A program made the position numbers and the translations under genes. Positions 39,897 to 49,710 of a DNA stretch of 64,000 nucleotides are shown piece after piece. A model generated the notes under the pieces. That model did no database searches. It was given only the letters and a program-made list of their open reading frames with translations, and was not told the origin of the DNA. The stretch spans positions 8,466 through 72,465 of the forward strand of contig JBHLSH010000009.1 in NCBI GenBank assembly GCA_048881705.1, in the 5' to 3' direction. The stretch is from Candidatus Heimdallarchaeota archaeon. Its GTDB lineage: Archaea; Asgardarchaeota; Heimdallarchaeia; Hodarchaeales; Hodarchaeaceae. Positions within the stretch are counted from its first letter, which is position 1. Each line of letters opens with the position of its first letter.

Positions 39897-41894
39897 TTGC
39901 CATTGGATATTGGATTCCTTTCCATCCTTCAACAAAGATATCCTCAAACAGCGGATGCTATAATAGATGCCATAGATAAGTGTGATCAACTGACAGAGTT
40001 GATAACGTCCGAAGATTTCTCACAAAAAGATTTTTATGTCAATCTCCTCCAAAATATCAGACTATTTCTTAACTCCGAATCCATGTTTCATAGCAGAAGC
40101 TTTCAAAAGGCCCTAAAATTCTATGAAAAGTTACGGGCTAGCATCAGTGAGACACAAACCCAGTTTCCCGATTCCTACTCATCCTGGCGCTATGATATCG
40201 ACCGTTTAACCTCGCGAACTGAGGCACGACTCCAAGAGGCCAGGGCACAGCTTTCTCTGGAGCAAGAGGACACAGTACAAGCAGATATCCTCCTCGTTGA
40301 AACAATCAATCGATACAACCTAGAACTCCAATTAGAACAGGAATATGGTGATTATGATCACTATTTCGATACGTTAGGCAATATTTTTCGATGTTCGGGC
40401 CATCTCTACTTTTTAAGGGGACGTACTAACAACAATCGAATTGAACTATATCAGTCAATGAAGGATTTTAGAAAAGCGATCTTTCTGGGCCAATTAGATC
40501 TTGATGGATACGTGAAAGAAGCACACAAGAATATCAAAATCATGACATTGGCAAAACTAGAACAACAAGCAGAGAACTACTTCAATCTGGGGTTAACTGA
40601 AACGGATGCAGAGAAATATAGTGAAGCAAAAAGAAATTATCATAAATCTGCCCAATTATTCACCTCATTAAAGCGCGCCGCCTTCCAACCAGATCAATCA
40701 AGAGAATTTGAACTCCAGGAACAGATTCAATTCTCCTCTTATTATGAAGCCAGTGCAAAGGAATTCATGACCCAAGATAATAACGAGCAGGCCGCAGTTC
40801 AATTTTCGAATGCTTCCCGGACTTTACGAAACGTCCTAGAATCCCTACCCAGTGAGGCTTTAAGCCGGAATTTTTCGCCTCAAATCGATTATTTCGAAGC
40901 AATGCGCTTGTTTTGCTTGGCTGTCATTGAGTATGACAAAATGCTTCCCGAAGCAATGATTCGTTTTAAGACTGCCAGAGAAAAGCTCGAAACGGCTAGA
41001 CAACAAGCTGAAGGAATGTCTAATCTTCCTCTGGTCAATAACTGTGAGGAAACTTTAAACAAGCTCAAATCCTATATAGAAATCGCTGAACTTCTACATT
41101 CTGAAGAGTCTAAAGAGACATTGGGGGTTCCAAATATCGAGGATCCTGTACAGCCTATGGAACCTGCTCAACCTTCCGAACTAGAGGAGCCTGAACTACC
41201 TCCCGCAGAACCCGAACTACCTCTGGAACCTGAAGAACCTGCTCAACCTTTCGAACTAGAGGAGCCTGAACTACCTCCCGCAGAACTCGAACTACCTCTG
41301 GAACCTGAAGAACCTGCTCAACCTTTCGAACTAGAGGAACCTGAACTACCTCCCGCAGAACCCGAACTACCTCTGGAACCTGAAGAACCTGCTCAACCTT
41401 TCGAACTAGAGGAGCCTGAACTACCTCCCGCAGAACTCGAACTACCTCTGGAACCTGAAGAACCTGCTCAACCTTTCGAACTAGAGGAACCTGAACTACC
41501 TCCCGCAGAACCCGAACTGCCTCTAGAACCTGAAGAACCCGCTAGGCCTTCCGAACTAGAGGAACCTGAACCTCCTAAGAAACCCGTAAAACCTCATCAA
41601 CTGGAGGAGACTATCAAACCTCTAGAGGTAAAGAAACCTAAGGAGCATGAAGTCTTCCAGAAACAAACCAAACATGTATCAGATGAATGGACGACTGAAC
41701 CGTTAGATCTTGACCCTCGCGAGATCCTCATGGAACTGAGAGGACGATTGGATGCAGAGAAACCCACTGAACCAAAACCAGAAGACTCAACAGAAGTCCT
41801 AGAGAAGCCTAAGAAGAGTAGAGAGGAAAAGAACTCTGTAGAAAATGGAAATCCAGAGAAGGCTGCGGAACCTGAGGAATCTGAGGAATCTTAA
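39897..41894 (+). CDS. TPR/SNAP-like helical protein with a Pro/Glu-rich tandem-repeat tail
   Basis: Helical repeats in the first ~400 aa, followed by 25-aa repeats and an acidic C-terminus. Confidence 0.8.
   Translation: MPLDIGFLSILQQRYPQTADAIIDAIDKCDQLTELITSEDFSQKDFYVNLLQNIRLFLNSESMFHSRSFQKALKFYEKLRASISETQTQFPDSYSSWRYDIDRLTSRTEARLQEARAQLSLEQEDTVQADILLVETINRYNLELQLEQEYGDYDHYFDTLGNIFRCSGHLYFLRGRTNNNRIELYQSMKDFRKAIFLGQLDLDGYVKEAHKNIKIMTLAKLEQQAENYFNLGLTETDAEKYSEAKRNYHKSAQLFTSLKRAAFQPDQSREFELQEQIQFSSYYEASAKEFMTQDNNEQAAVQFSNASRTLRNVLESLPSEALSRNFSPQIDYFEAMRLFCLAVIEYDKMLPEAMIRFKTAREKLETARQQAEGMSNLPLVNNCEETLNKLKSYIEIAELLHSEESKETLGVPNIEDPVQPMEPAQPSELEEPELPPAEPELPLEPEEPAQPFELEEPELPPAELELPLEPEEPAQPFELEEPELPPAEPELPLEPEEPAQPFELEEPELPPAELELPLEPEEPAQPFELEEPELPPAEPELPLEPEEPARPSELEEPEPPKKPVKPHQLEETIKPLEVKKPKEHEVFQKQTKHVSDEWTTEPLDLDPREILMELRGRLDAEKPTEPKPEDSTEVLEKPKKSREEKNSVENGNPEKAAEPEESEES
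41160..41573 (+). repeat. Intragenic tandem repeat, 75-bp unit, 5 full copies plus a partial copy
   Basis: The unit GAACCTGCTCAACCT...GAACCTGAA recurs every 75 bp from 41160 to 41534, then a diverged partial copy; encodes EPAQPFELEEPELPPAE(P/L)ELPLEPE. Confidence 0.96.
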
Positions 41895-42214
41895 TGTTCT
41901 TCAGAGCGAAGTTGGGCTAGGATCCAGTAGGCCTCTAGGATCGTGATAGAAAGCTGGCGGGCAAGTTCTTCAGGATGGATTTGCGGATCCCTCGGTAGGA
42001 TTTTTTGTCGGGTCCATGCAAGATTGGAAGCATGCCCGGGAATTTGGGCCATGACGGGAGCGAGCATTTCCAGTAACTGCTCGCGAGAGAGCTGCAGAAG
42101 AGACCCCTGAGATTTACTGCGGTCTAATATTCTTGGGATTTTCCGCTCTTTTTTCTTAGGAGTGGTACTTTCTTTATCCTTCTCCTGATCAAGATATTTT
42201 TCAAGATCTGACAT
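41891..42214 (-). CDS. Hypothetical protein
   Basis: 107-aa ORF; C-terminal helical, possibly HTH-like segment. Confidence 0.7.
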   Translation of the reverse strand: MSDLEKYLDQEKDKESTTPKKKERKIPRILDRSKSQGSLLQLSREQLLEMLAPVMAQIPGHASNLAWTRQKILPRDPQIHPEELARQLSITILEAYWILAQLRSEEH

Positions 42215-42265
42215 TGTTCACCAATTCTCTGGTGATCCGATCTCTCTTTTCAGGATTTATTACGC

Positions 42266-42586
42266 TCAATCCTGGGGGGTTTCAATCGCTTCTACAAATC
42301 GTGTTCCTGTAAGAACCTGGTCGATAGAATGAATGCTTCCATGTAAATCATTGATTCGCTCACTTATTCTATCGTAATCTAAATTCGAACCCTCCAAGAC
42401 CACTTTAAGGTTCTCTGTTTTTGCATCAATTTCTAGGAGGGTACAATTAACCCCTGCGACTCCCTCAACTTCTTCGAGAGCCTTAGCGAAAGAGACGATT
42501 GAGGGATCATGTAGTTTCAGAACATCCAAAACTAACCGCCTCACTCCTCCTCTTTTGGTCAAACCAGTGTGTCTTTTTTCAGTCAT
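42266..42586 (-). CDS. DUF211 family protein
   Basis: RRLVLDVLKLHDP...GSIHSIDQV pattern. Confidence 0.88.
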   Translation of the reverse strand: MTEKRHTGLTKRGGVRRLVLDVLKLHDPSIVSFAKALEEVEGVAGVNCTLLEIDAKTENLKVVLEGSNLDYDRISERINDLHGSIHSIDQVLTGTRFVEAIETPQD

Positions 42587-42787
42587 GGGATTGCAAACAC
42601 CTGTTTCTGAGAAATATAGATTTTATCTTTTTGAAAGGAACCGACCGGAACATAAGTCTCCCCGTTTTGGCATTTTCCCAAAAAAGGTTCCTGAGTATGT
42701 CCAATAGGATTATCGATCAACAGCTGGGAAGTCCATCCCGTTACGGAGGTTTATGATGGAACTAAAGCTAGTTACCTTTAGCAGACC

Positions 42788-43108
42788 TCAATCACGCAGT
42801 TCAATGGAAGATTCGGGGAAGCCTTCATCAACTAATATTTCGGGGATCCGCCGGAGAAAATTCCCTTGGAGCTCGATCCTCCCGTCCTTTGTGGTGCCCC
42901 CCGTCGCTAATGACTTTTTCAGTCTTTTTGAAAGGCTTCGTAAGTCAATTTCTTTGCTCAGTCCATCTATCACGGTCACCTCACGTCCCCATTTCCGTTT
43001 CTCAATGAAAACCCGAATAGAAGTCGTTTCGTCGCGTGCTATATCACTGCACGCACATAATTCAATTGGAAGTCCGCATGTTTTGCACGTACTTGTTGCC
43101 ATGCCCAT
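42788..43108 (-). CDS. sui1: Translation initiation factor aIF-1 (SUI1)
   Basis: CKTCGLPIELC, LKKSLATGGT and IELQG motifs. Confidence 0.95.
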   Translation of the reverse strand: MGMATSTCKTCGLPIELCACSDIARDETTSIRVFIEKRKWGREVTVIDGLSKEIDLRSLSKRLKKSLATGGTTKDGRIELQGNFLRRIPEILVDEGFPESSIELRD

Positions 43109-43200
43109 TTTTACTTTTTTACCTCAAATTTTTTGAATTGTAGACGGGGAAGTATGCAAATTCGCTTAAATATAAACCTATCGTAGAAATTTTGTCGTTT

Positions 43201-43347
43201 TCATTCCGTTTTCAACCGTTTGATAATCGGCGGCCGTTTCTTGAGCAATACTCGATGCCCGCAAATTATGCACCTTATCCCTGGAAGTGTTTCCAATTCC
43301 CCTGGATCGATCTCTTGGTGACAAGCGGCACATAAATAAGTGGTCAT
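43201..43347 (-). CDS. rpoP: DNA-directed RNA polymerase subunit P (Rpo12)
   Basis: Not in the ORF track (48 aa): [48 protein letters not shown], with two CxxC and the ILLKxRP-type tail. Confidence 0.93.
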   Translation of the reverse strand: MTTYLCAACHQEIDPGELETLPGIRCIICGHRVLLKKRPPIIKRLKTE

Positions 43348-43478
43348 TTAGTTTTTCCTAACCTATTTTCATTCAAGGACTTGCCATCGATCCGATCTAC
43401 CCGAGGGCTACGACGAAGATCCCTGTTAATCGTGCCGACCCTTCCCAGTTTGATAAACTTTTCTTTCCCCATCTTCAT
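43344..43478 (-). CDS. Possible 44-aa basic microprotein
   Basis: [44 protein letters not shown]; ATGA overlaps with both neighbouring genes. Confidence 0.3.
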   Translation of the reverse strand: MKMGKEKFIKLGRVGTINRDLRRSPRVDRIDGKSLNENRLGKTK

Positions 43479-43894
43479 GCTGCTCGTTTAAGATTCGCTT
43501 CTATGAATTTGACAATTACTTCAGTATCCGTTCCTGGACCGAAAATTCCCGTGATACCTATCTTGTTCAGAGCGAGGATGTCTACATCTGGAATAATACC
43601 TCCCACAACCACAAGAGTGTCATCGTACATCTCTTTTTCCTTGAGTAACTCCATGATTTTAGGAAAAAGGGCCATATGAGAACCACTGAGGCTGGAAAGA
43701 CCTAAAACATCAACATCTTCTTGTAAAGCCGCCTCGACAATCTGCTCAGGACTTTTATGTAATCCCGTGTAGATTACTTCCATTCCTGCGTCTCGAAGCG
43801 CACGAGCAACTACTTTAACGCCTCGATCATGACCATCTAATCCCGGTTTAGCTAATAGGACTCGTATCTTCCTAATGGCGGTAGTTTCACTCAT
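43475..43894 (-). CDS. Acyl-CoA mutase small, cobalamin-binding subunit
   Basis: [10 protein letters not shown] (DxHxxG) and GLSSLSG motifs. Confidence 0.95.
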   Translation of the reverse strand: MSETTAIRKIRVLLAKPGLDGHDRGVKVVARALRDAGMEVIYTGLHKSPEQIVEAALQEDVDVLGLSSLSGSHMALFPKIMELLKEKEMYDDTLVVVGGIIPDVDILALNKIGITGIFGPGTDTEVIVKFIEANLKRAA

Positions 43895-43921
43895 CGTTTG
43901 GCTATTCCTCCAGTTTTCAGT

Positions 43922-45646
43922 TTAGATCAAACGATCACCCTGCCATTCACCAAAAACCTCCCTAAAAACGTCACAAATTTCACCTATGGATGCATAAGCC
44001 TTGACTGCCTCAAGGATAGAGGGCATTAAGTTTTTAGTACCTTGAGCGGCCGTTTTAATCTTCGCCAAGGCCGCTTCTACCGCTTCATTATCTCTCTCGG
44101 CTTTAACCTTATGCAGACGAGTAATTTGGCGTTCAACAACTTCATTTTTAACCTCGAGAAGGGGAACCGTGATCTTTTCGTCTCGAGTATATTCATTCAC
44201 CCCGACAATCACACGTTGTTTTTCCTCAACCTCTTTTTGATACTGGTAGGCTGAGGTAGCGATCTCTTGTTGGAAAAATCCTTTCTCGATTGCTGGGATA
44301 ACCCCACCTAACTGCTTTATTTTCTGAAAATACTCTTCCACTTTTTGCTCCATGCGGTTTGTCAATGTTTCCATGAAATAGCTCCCCGCTAAAGGATCAA
44401 TCGTATTCGTAACTCCGCTTTCATGTGCAATGATTTGCTGAGTCCGCAGCGCAATTTCTACGGCTTCCTTGCTTGGAAGAGCCAATGCCTCATCTAATGA
44501 ATTGGTGTGTAAAGATTGGGTACCCCCTAGAACTGCAGCAAGCGCCTGAACTGTTGTTCTCACAACATTATTGTAGGGTTGTTGGGCCGTTAAAGATACC
44601 CCCGCAGTCTGGGTGTGAAACCGTAACCACATCGAACGGGGTTTTTTAGGATTGAATTGCCGCATATGCCTAGCCCAAATCCGTCTGGCGGCCCGATACT
44701 TGGCTATCTCTTCAAAAAAATCATTATGTGAATTAAAGAAAAATGAAAGCCGGGGAGCGAAGTCATCAACATCCATTCCAGCTTCTACTGCCCATTTGAC
44801 ATACTCCAAACCATCAGCTAATGTGAATGCCAACTCTTGGATCGCAGTGGAGCCTGCTTCCCGTATATGATATCCCGAAATCGAAATGGTATTCCATCGG
44901 GGCACGTGTTCCGCACAATACTTGATTATGTCGACAATAATCCGCATAGAGGGACGTGGCGGAAAAATATATGATTTCTGGGCGATATATTCTTTTAAAA
45001 TATCGTTCTGGATTGTCCCGCCAATTTGATCCGATCCCACCCCCTGTTTTTCCGCAACTGCTATATACATTGCCAACAAAATGGCCGCAGGTGCATTTAT
45101 TGTCATGGAGGTAGTAACTTTGTCGAGAGGGATTCCATCAAATAGAATCTCCATATCCTTTAGTGTATCTACAGCAACTCCTAATTTGCCAACTTCACCT
45201 AGGGACATGGGATGATCGGATTCTCGTCCATATAAGGTCGGAAGATGAAAGGCTACACTCAATCCAGTCATTCCACTTGCCAAGAGGAATTTAAAACGTT
45301 GATTTGTCTCTTCTGCACCTCCGAAACCCGCAAATTGTCGCATAGTCCATAAACGCCCTCGGTACATTGAGGGTTGGACACCTCTCGTGTATGGAAACAT
45401 GCCAGGATAACCTAGCTCACTCAAATAGCTCCAGTCATCAGGTAGATCAGTCGGGTCGTAAATCCGATTGATAGGTTCACTCGAGGTGGTCATGAATTTC
45501 GATAGACGCTCTGAGTCTTCTGTTACCTTTTTATCATAGAGTTCCTCCCAATCCTGCCTCTTTTGCTTGAGAGATTCATGAGAATCTTTTTTTCCAGATA
45601 TTGATGTAGATTTATCTTTTTTGATTTCGGAGGTCTCAGTGGTCAA
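43922..45646 (-). CDS. B12-dependent acyl-CoA mutase large subunit (methylmalonyl-/isobutyryl-CoA mutase family, ICM-type residues)
   Basis: [39 protein letters not shown] and FHTQTAG motifs. Confidence 0.93.
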   Translation of the reverse strand: MTTETSEIKKDKSTSISGKKDSHESLKQKRQDWEELYDKKVTEDSERLSKFMTTSSEPINRIYDPTDLPDDWSYLSELGYPGMFPYTRGVQPSMYRGRLWTMRQFAGFGGAEETNQRFKFLLASGMTGLSVAFHLPTLYGRESDHPMSLGEVGKLGVAVDTLKDMEILFDGIPLDKVTTSMTINAPAAILLAMYIAVAEKQGVGSDQIGGTIQNDILKEYIAQKSYIFPPRPSMRIIVDIIKYCAEHVPRWNTISISGYHIREAGSTAIQELAFTLADGLEYVKWAVEAGMDVDDFAPRLSFFFNSHNDFFEEIAKYRAARRIWARHMRQFNPKKPRSMWLRFHTQTAGVSLTAQQPYNNVVRTTVQALAAVLGGTQSLHTNSLDEALALPSKEAVEIALRTQQIIAHESGVTNTIDPLAGSYFMETLTNRMEQKVEEYFQKIKQLGGVIPAIEKGFFQQEIATSAYQYQKEVEEKQRVIVGVNEYTRDEKITVPLLEVKNEVVERQITRLHKVKAERDNEAVEAALAKIKTAAQGTKNLMPSILEAVKAYASIGEICDVFREVFGEWQGDRLI

Positions 45647-46188
45647 TATTCTACACCTCTTCGAGCCAAAACTTCCCTTTGGTATGGATGTTTGTGCGAT
45701 TGGATTTCTGTGTGATAGTCCGCCAAGGCCACGATACTCCGCGGCGCGTTTCTTCCTGTCAAGATTATTTCCAATTTTTTAGGTTTTTGCTTAATTAGCT
45801 TAATGACTTCTGTTTTGGAAATTAATCCAAAATCTAGGGCTACATTAATCTCATCTAAGATTAGTACGTCCCAATCTTCCTTTTCCACTGCGGTACGAGC
45901 CCGAATAAGTGCAGCCTGTGCCTCTGTTATATCAATTTCTTTGGGATTTTTTCTGTCTATAAACTCTGGCCTTCCATACTGTACCAAAGTTATCTGTGGT
46001 ATCGCAGTAAGCGCCCTCAACTCCCCATAATTCCATCCTTTCTTCAGCCATTGTATGATTAGAACCTTGAACCCATGTCCCGCCGCGCGAAGGGCCATCC
46101 CAAGGGCAGACGTCGTTTTTCCTTTGCCGTCTCCCGTTACTACGTGAGTATATCCTAGTTGTTTATTTTCCATATCGTGCTTAACCAT
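45643..46188 (-). CDS. cobO: Cob(I)alamin adenosyltransferase (CobO/BtuR)
   Basis: [19 protein letters not shown] and LTGR motifs. Confidence 0.93.
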   Translation of the reverse strand: MVKHDMENKQLGYTHVVTGDGKGKTTSALGMALRAAGHGFKVLIIQWLKKGWNYGELRALTAIPQITLVQYGRPEFIDRKNPKEIDITEAQAALIRARTAVEKEDWDVLILDEINVALDFGLISKTEVIKLIKQKPKKLEIILTGRNAPRSIVALADYHTEIQSHKHPYQREVLARRGVEY

Positions 46189-46280
46189 TTAATGGCCTCT
46201 GAGGTCTTTGACTGAAGTGTCCCATATCGATTTGAATTCCTTTTGATCAGTAGAAAAAGAGACCCACATATCGCTATTTT

Positions 46281-47117
46281 GTGAATAGGAATGATCAATC
46301 AATGAAATTAATCTTAGTGACCAATGACGATGGTATTGGCGCAACAGGTCTAAGAATGCTAGCAAATGCAATGATGGAGCTTCCCTCCGAAGTTAAAACT
46401 CTTGTTGTTGCTCCTACAAGTCAACGTTCTGCTGGCGGAAAATCAATCACTTATTCTACACCTTTGCGTTTATCTAGAGAAATTGATCTTTTTGATAACA
46501 AAATCTCAGCTTACTCGGTTGATGGCACACCCGCAGATTGTGTAATAATGGGAAAATATGTAAGCAAAAAAGAATTCGGTAAAATTCCTGACCTTATTGT
46601 AAGTGGAATTAACAGTGGGGGTAATTCATCGGTCCAATCGATTCTCGCATCTGGAACATGTGCAGCTGCATTTGAAGGAGGAATTTCCGGCATTCCCTCA
46701 ATTGCTTTTTCTTTGGAAGTCCCTGAAAGTGAGCTTTTTTCAAAACCAAGTCAATCCGCATCCAATTATGAGGTTGCAGCCATTCGTGCAAAAGAAATCG
46801 CCAGTAAGGTTCTTCTAAAAGGGCTACCTTCCAAAGTACTATTCCTGAACTGCAATTTTCCTTCAAGTGTTTCACTTCAAACACCAATCGATTTCGTCCC
46901 ATTAGCTCCGGAAAAGTACATTGACGAAGCCATAGAACAGAAAGATCCTAGAGGAGTCCCAATATATTGGATTTGGGGGGATTTAATATCTAATCTGCAG
47001 GAAAACACAGATGTACATTCTTTAAGTGTTAAAAAGATGATCACCTTAACGCCTATAAGCTTGGAATTCAGGCTAGATCATATATTGACTCTGAAAAAAT
47101 GGTTCTCAGAAGAATGA
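46281..47117 (+). CDS. surE: 5'/3'-nucleotidase SurE
   Basis: LVTNDDG, GTPADCV and SGINSGGN motifs. Confidence 0.94.
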   Translation: MNRNDQSMKLILVTNDDGIGATGLRMLANAMMELPSEVKTLVVAPTSQRSAGGKSITYSTPLRLSREIDLFDNKISAYSVDGTPADCVIMGKYVSKKEFGKIPDLIVSGINSGGNSSVQSILASGTCAAAFEGGISGIPSIAFSLEVPESELFSKPSQSASNYEVAAIRAKEIASKVLLKGLPSKVLFLNCNFPSSVSLQTPIDFVPLAPEKYIDEAIEQKDPRGVPIYWIWGDLISNLQENTDVHSLSVKKMITLTPISLEFRLDHILTLKKWFSEE

Positions 47118-47322
47118 CAAACGTATCCAATCCAACTAGTCTTTGAAAATTTGCGAAAGTAAAACGATTGACGGAACTACAGCCCAATCCATTTATGATT
47201 GAATTCCTTTTGAATTGGCGTAAAAGATTTATTACTAGCTTCTATTCAGATCTATGATCATCATTCAATCTCTATAGCATGATTTGTAGCTAAAACATCA
47301 ATTCTTACGTCTTGATTGACAT

Positions 47323-47394
47323 GGCCGGTGTAGGATAACGGTAGTCTCGGTGGTTGTGGCCCACCATGTCGGGGTTCAATTCCCCGCTCCGGCC
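47323..47394 (+). tRNA. trnH: tRNA-His(GTG), genomically encoded G-1, no encoded CCA
   Basis: Cloverleaf with GGTGG-TTGTGGC-CCACC anticodon arm and a TTCAATT T-loop; G-1 opposite C73; T-rich run downstream. Confidence 0.94.
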
Positions 47395-47555
47395 CTTCCT
47401 TTTTTGCTTTCGATCTTTTCTCAGAGCTTATTCCTTGTAATCATATCAGAAGACCTGTGAATTAATTTTGTATTAGTGCTCTGTCACCCAATAACCTTTC
47501 ACCCAAGAGAATAGAAAGTTATTTGACTGTTCCAAGAATCATCGGCAGAATAACC

Positions 47556-48569
47556 ATGAAAATCTCTAAGAATTCCCTCGGGTTTATTATATCTTACGAT
47601 TTCCTTCCCCCCTCCCTGTGCAATGATCTTATCAAAGTCTTGGCCGATTCTGGCAGTTTTACTCATGTTTTTGTTCCCGAACTCTGGGGTTATGACGCAT
47701 TTACCCAGATAACTAGCATGGTACCCCATGCTTCCAATTTAACCTTTGGAACAGGGATTGTTAATCTGTATTCCCGAACCCCTGCCACCTTGGCTCAGAC
47801 GGCTGCGGCTCTTAATACATTAACAGAAGGAAAATTCATTCTTGGTCTTGGACTGAGCGGCCCCATTGTGATTCAAGACTGGCACGGAGTTAAGTACTTT
47901 AAACACTCCCCATTGGAGAGAACACGGGAGTATATCGAAATTTTACGCTTGATTTTCTCTGGAGAGCCCGTAAACTATGATGGCCAAATATTCAAGCTAA
48001 AAAGATTTAAGATCCGAACCTTTAGCACACCTCTGGATATTCCTCTCTGGGTGGCAGCTCTCGGCCCAAAAAACCTTGCCCTAGTCGGAGAACTGGCAGA
48101 TGGCTGGTTTCCTATCTGGGCCCCGATAGGAGGGTTTAAATCTCTCAAAGATGACTTAGCCAAGGGTTATGCAAACCGTAGTCCCGATCTCAGTAAACAG
48201 GTTGAAGTTGCACCGTTTCTTATTACCTGTGCATCTGAAGGCGACAAGGCGAGGCTTCTTGTTCAAAAAAACATAGCTTACTATGTGGGCGGGATGGGTG
48301 ATTTTTACTATAACTTCACAAAACGTATGGGATTTACCACTGAAGCCGAAAAAATCAGATCCGCATGGAAAACGGGCGAGAGAGAAGCCGCGGCCAAAGC
48401 TGTCTCCCAAAAGATGTTGGATAAAATTGCGGCCCTCGGGTCAGCAGAAAAAATCCAACAACGGTATCAAGAATTTCGTGATGAAGGGGTGACGCTCCCT
48501 ATCTGCACCCTGCCATTCAATTGTCCCCCAGATCTGGCTATGGAGACCATCAGTGCATTTTCTGGTTGA
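47556..48569 (+). CDS. LLM-class, probably F420-dependent, oxidoreductase
   Basis: PELWGYDAFT, GTGIVNLYSRTP, FILGLGLSG, AALGPKN and ADGW motifs; alternative TTG start at 47523. Confidence 0.9.
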   Translation: MKISKNSLGFIISYDFLPPSLCNDLIKVLADSGSFTHVFVPELWGYDAFTQITSMVPHASNLTFGTGIVNLYSRTPATLAQTAAALNTLTEGKFILGLGLSGPIVIQDWHGVKYFKHSPLERTREYIEILRLIFSGEPVNYDGQIFKLKRFKIRTFSTPLDIPLWVAALGPKNLALVGELADGWFPIWAPIGGFKSLKDDLAKGYANRSPDLSKQVEVAPFLITCASEGDKARLLVQKNIAYYVGGMGDFYYNFTKRMGFTTEAEKIRSAWKTGEREAAAKAVSQKMLDKIAALGSAEKIQQRYQEFRDEGVTLPICTLPFNCPPDLAMETISAFSG

Positions 48570-48606
48570 AATCCAAGGGAAGATCTGGAAATCCTGGAGA
48601 ATCACT

Positions 48607-48999
48607 TTATTTTAGCGGTACGAACTGTGAACCGCGTGTTGCTCCAATTCCTGGAGCAGAGTGTTTGACCTGTTTGCAGGTCGGTGAATATTCCCCTAGG
48701 TAATGTCCCAACATCTCTGGTTGCAACTCTACCCGGAGAAATTCTTTACCGTTATACACTTGTAATACCCCTCCAATCAACTCAGGAAGAATGATAAAAT
48801 CGCGACAATGAGTCCGAACGGGTCGTTTACTGTCTTTGGAGGCTAGCACCTTCTCCATAAGCTTGATATGCTGCGGATCCATCCCTCGTTTCAGTGACCG
48901 TCGTTGACGGGCGGGAAGAAGTGAGATAAATTCATCCATACTCAATTGTTTGAGCTCGTCTAAAGAATAACCTCGATATTCAAATTGGCGCCGGGACAT
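48607..48999 (-). CDS. rps19: 30S ribosomal protein uS19
   Basis: YRGYSLDEL, RTHCRD, GHYLGEYS and GIGATRGS motifs. Confidence 0.96.
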   Translation of the reverse strand: MSRRQFEYRGYSLDELKQLSMDEFISLLPARQRRSLKRGMDPQHIKLMEKVLASKDSKRPVRTHCRDFIILPELIGGVLQVYNGKEFLRVELQPEMLGHYLGEYSPTCKQVKHSAPGIGATRGSQFVPLK

Positions 49000-49047
49000 T
49001 TAAAGCCACCGTTGATGTTCTGTGTAGACAGGCAGGTTCTTGAGGGC

Positions 49048-49055
49048 TATATAAA
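49048..49055 (-). promoter_or_regulatory. Putative TATA box for rps19
   Basis: TTTATATA on the minus strand about 50 bp upstream of the ATG. Confidence 0.55.
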
Positions 49056-49244
49056 TGAGAGGATGAAGAGAGGGCAGAAGCGGGGAAAGAGATGTGAGGG
49101 GTGGCCTTTAAAGGAAAAAAAAGGGGTTCCAGAACAGCCACTATCAAGCCACAGCTTGGTCAGTTGAGGTTGATTCTTCCAACCACAACGAGCGTAGTTA
49201 TGATTATACAAAAACACATGATAATGTAGATAGTTGATTCCAGA

Positions 49245-49706
49245 TTGCCCAGTTACAAGTTATCTGTCTTTGGTTTGGACCCAGATCGAACCGCTGTCGC
49301 CACAGGCCGCAATCTGCGCATCTCCCCGAAACATGCGCGGGAGATCTGCCATGAAATCAAAGGGAAGTACCTAGAAACAGCCCAAGAATACCTAGAAGCG
49401 GTTCTTGAAAAGAAACGCAGCGTTCCCTTCCGTCGTTATCGAAAGAAGGTCCCCCATCGTAATGATCTGTCGAAATGGCCGACTGGCCGCTATCCACAAA
49501 GGGCATCTTTCGAAATCCTACGCCTACTTGAAAGTGCAGAACAGAACGCCTCTTTCAAGGGACTCGAGGTCAGTCGCCTCCGCATCACACATATCGCCGC
49601 CTTGCGTGGCCGTAAAATTCGAGGTTATACTCCTCGGGCGCAAGGACGCACCTCCCCAAGTAACCAGACCCTAACACATGTGGAAGTCGTAGTAACCGAG
49701 GAATGA
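49245..49706 (+). CDS. rpl22: 50S ribosomal protein uL22
   Basis: LRISPKHAREIC and GRYPQRA motifs; TTG start. Confidence 0.96.
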   Translation: MPSYKLSVFGLDPDRTAVATGRNLRISPKHAREICHEIKGKYLETAQEYLEAVLEKKRSVPFRRYRKKVPHRNDLSKWPTGRYPQRASFEILRLLESAEQNASFKGLEVSRLRITHIAALRGRKIRGYTPRAQGRTSPSNQTLTHVEVVVTEE

Positions 49707-49710
49707 GCTT

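Noticed and set aside
41160-41573. Possible CRISPR array
   Set aside because: Head-to-tail 75-bp units with no unique spacers, in frame within a CDS, and no cas genes in the window.
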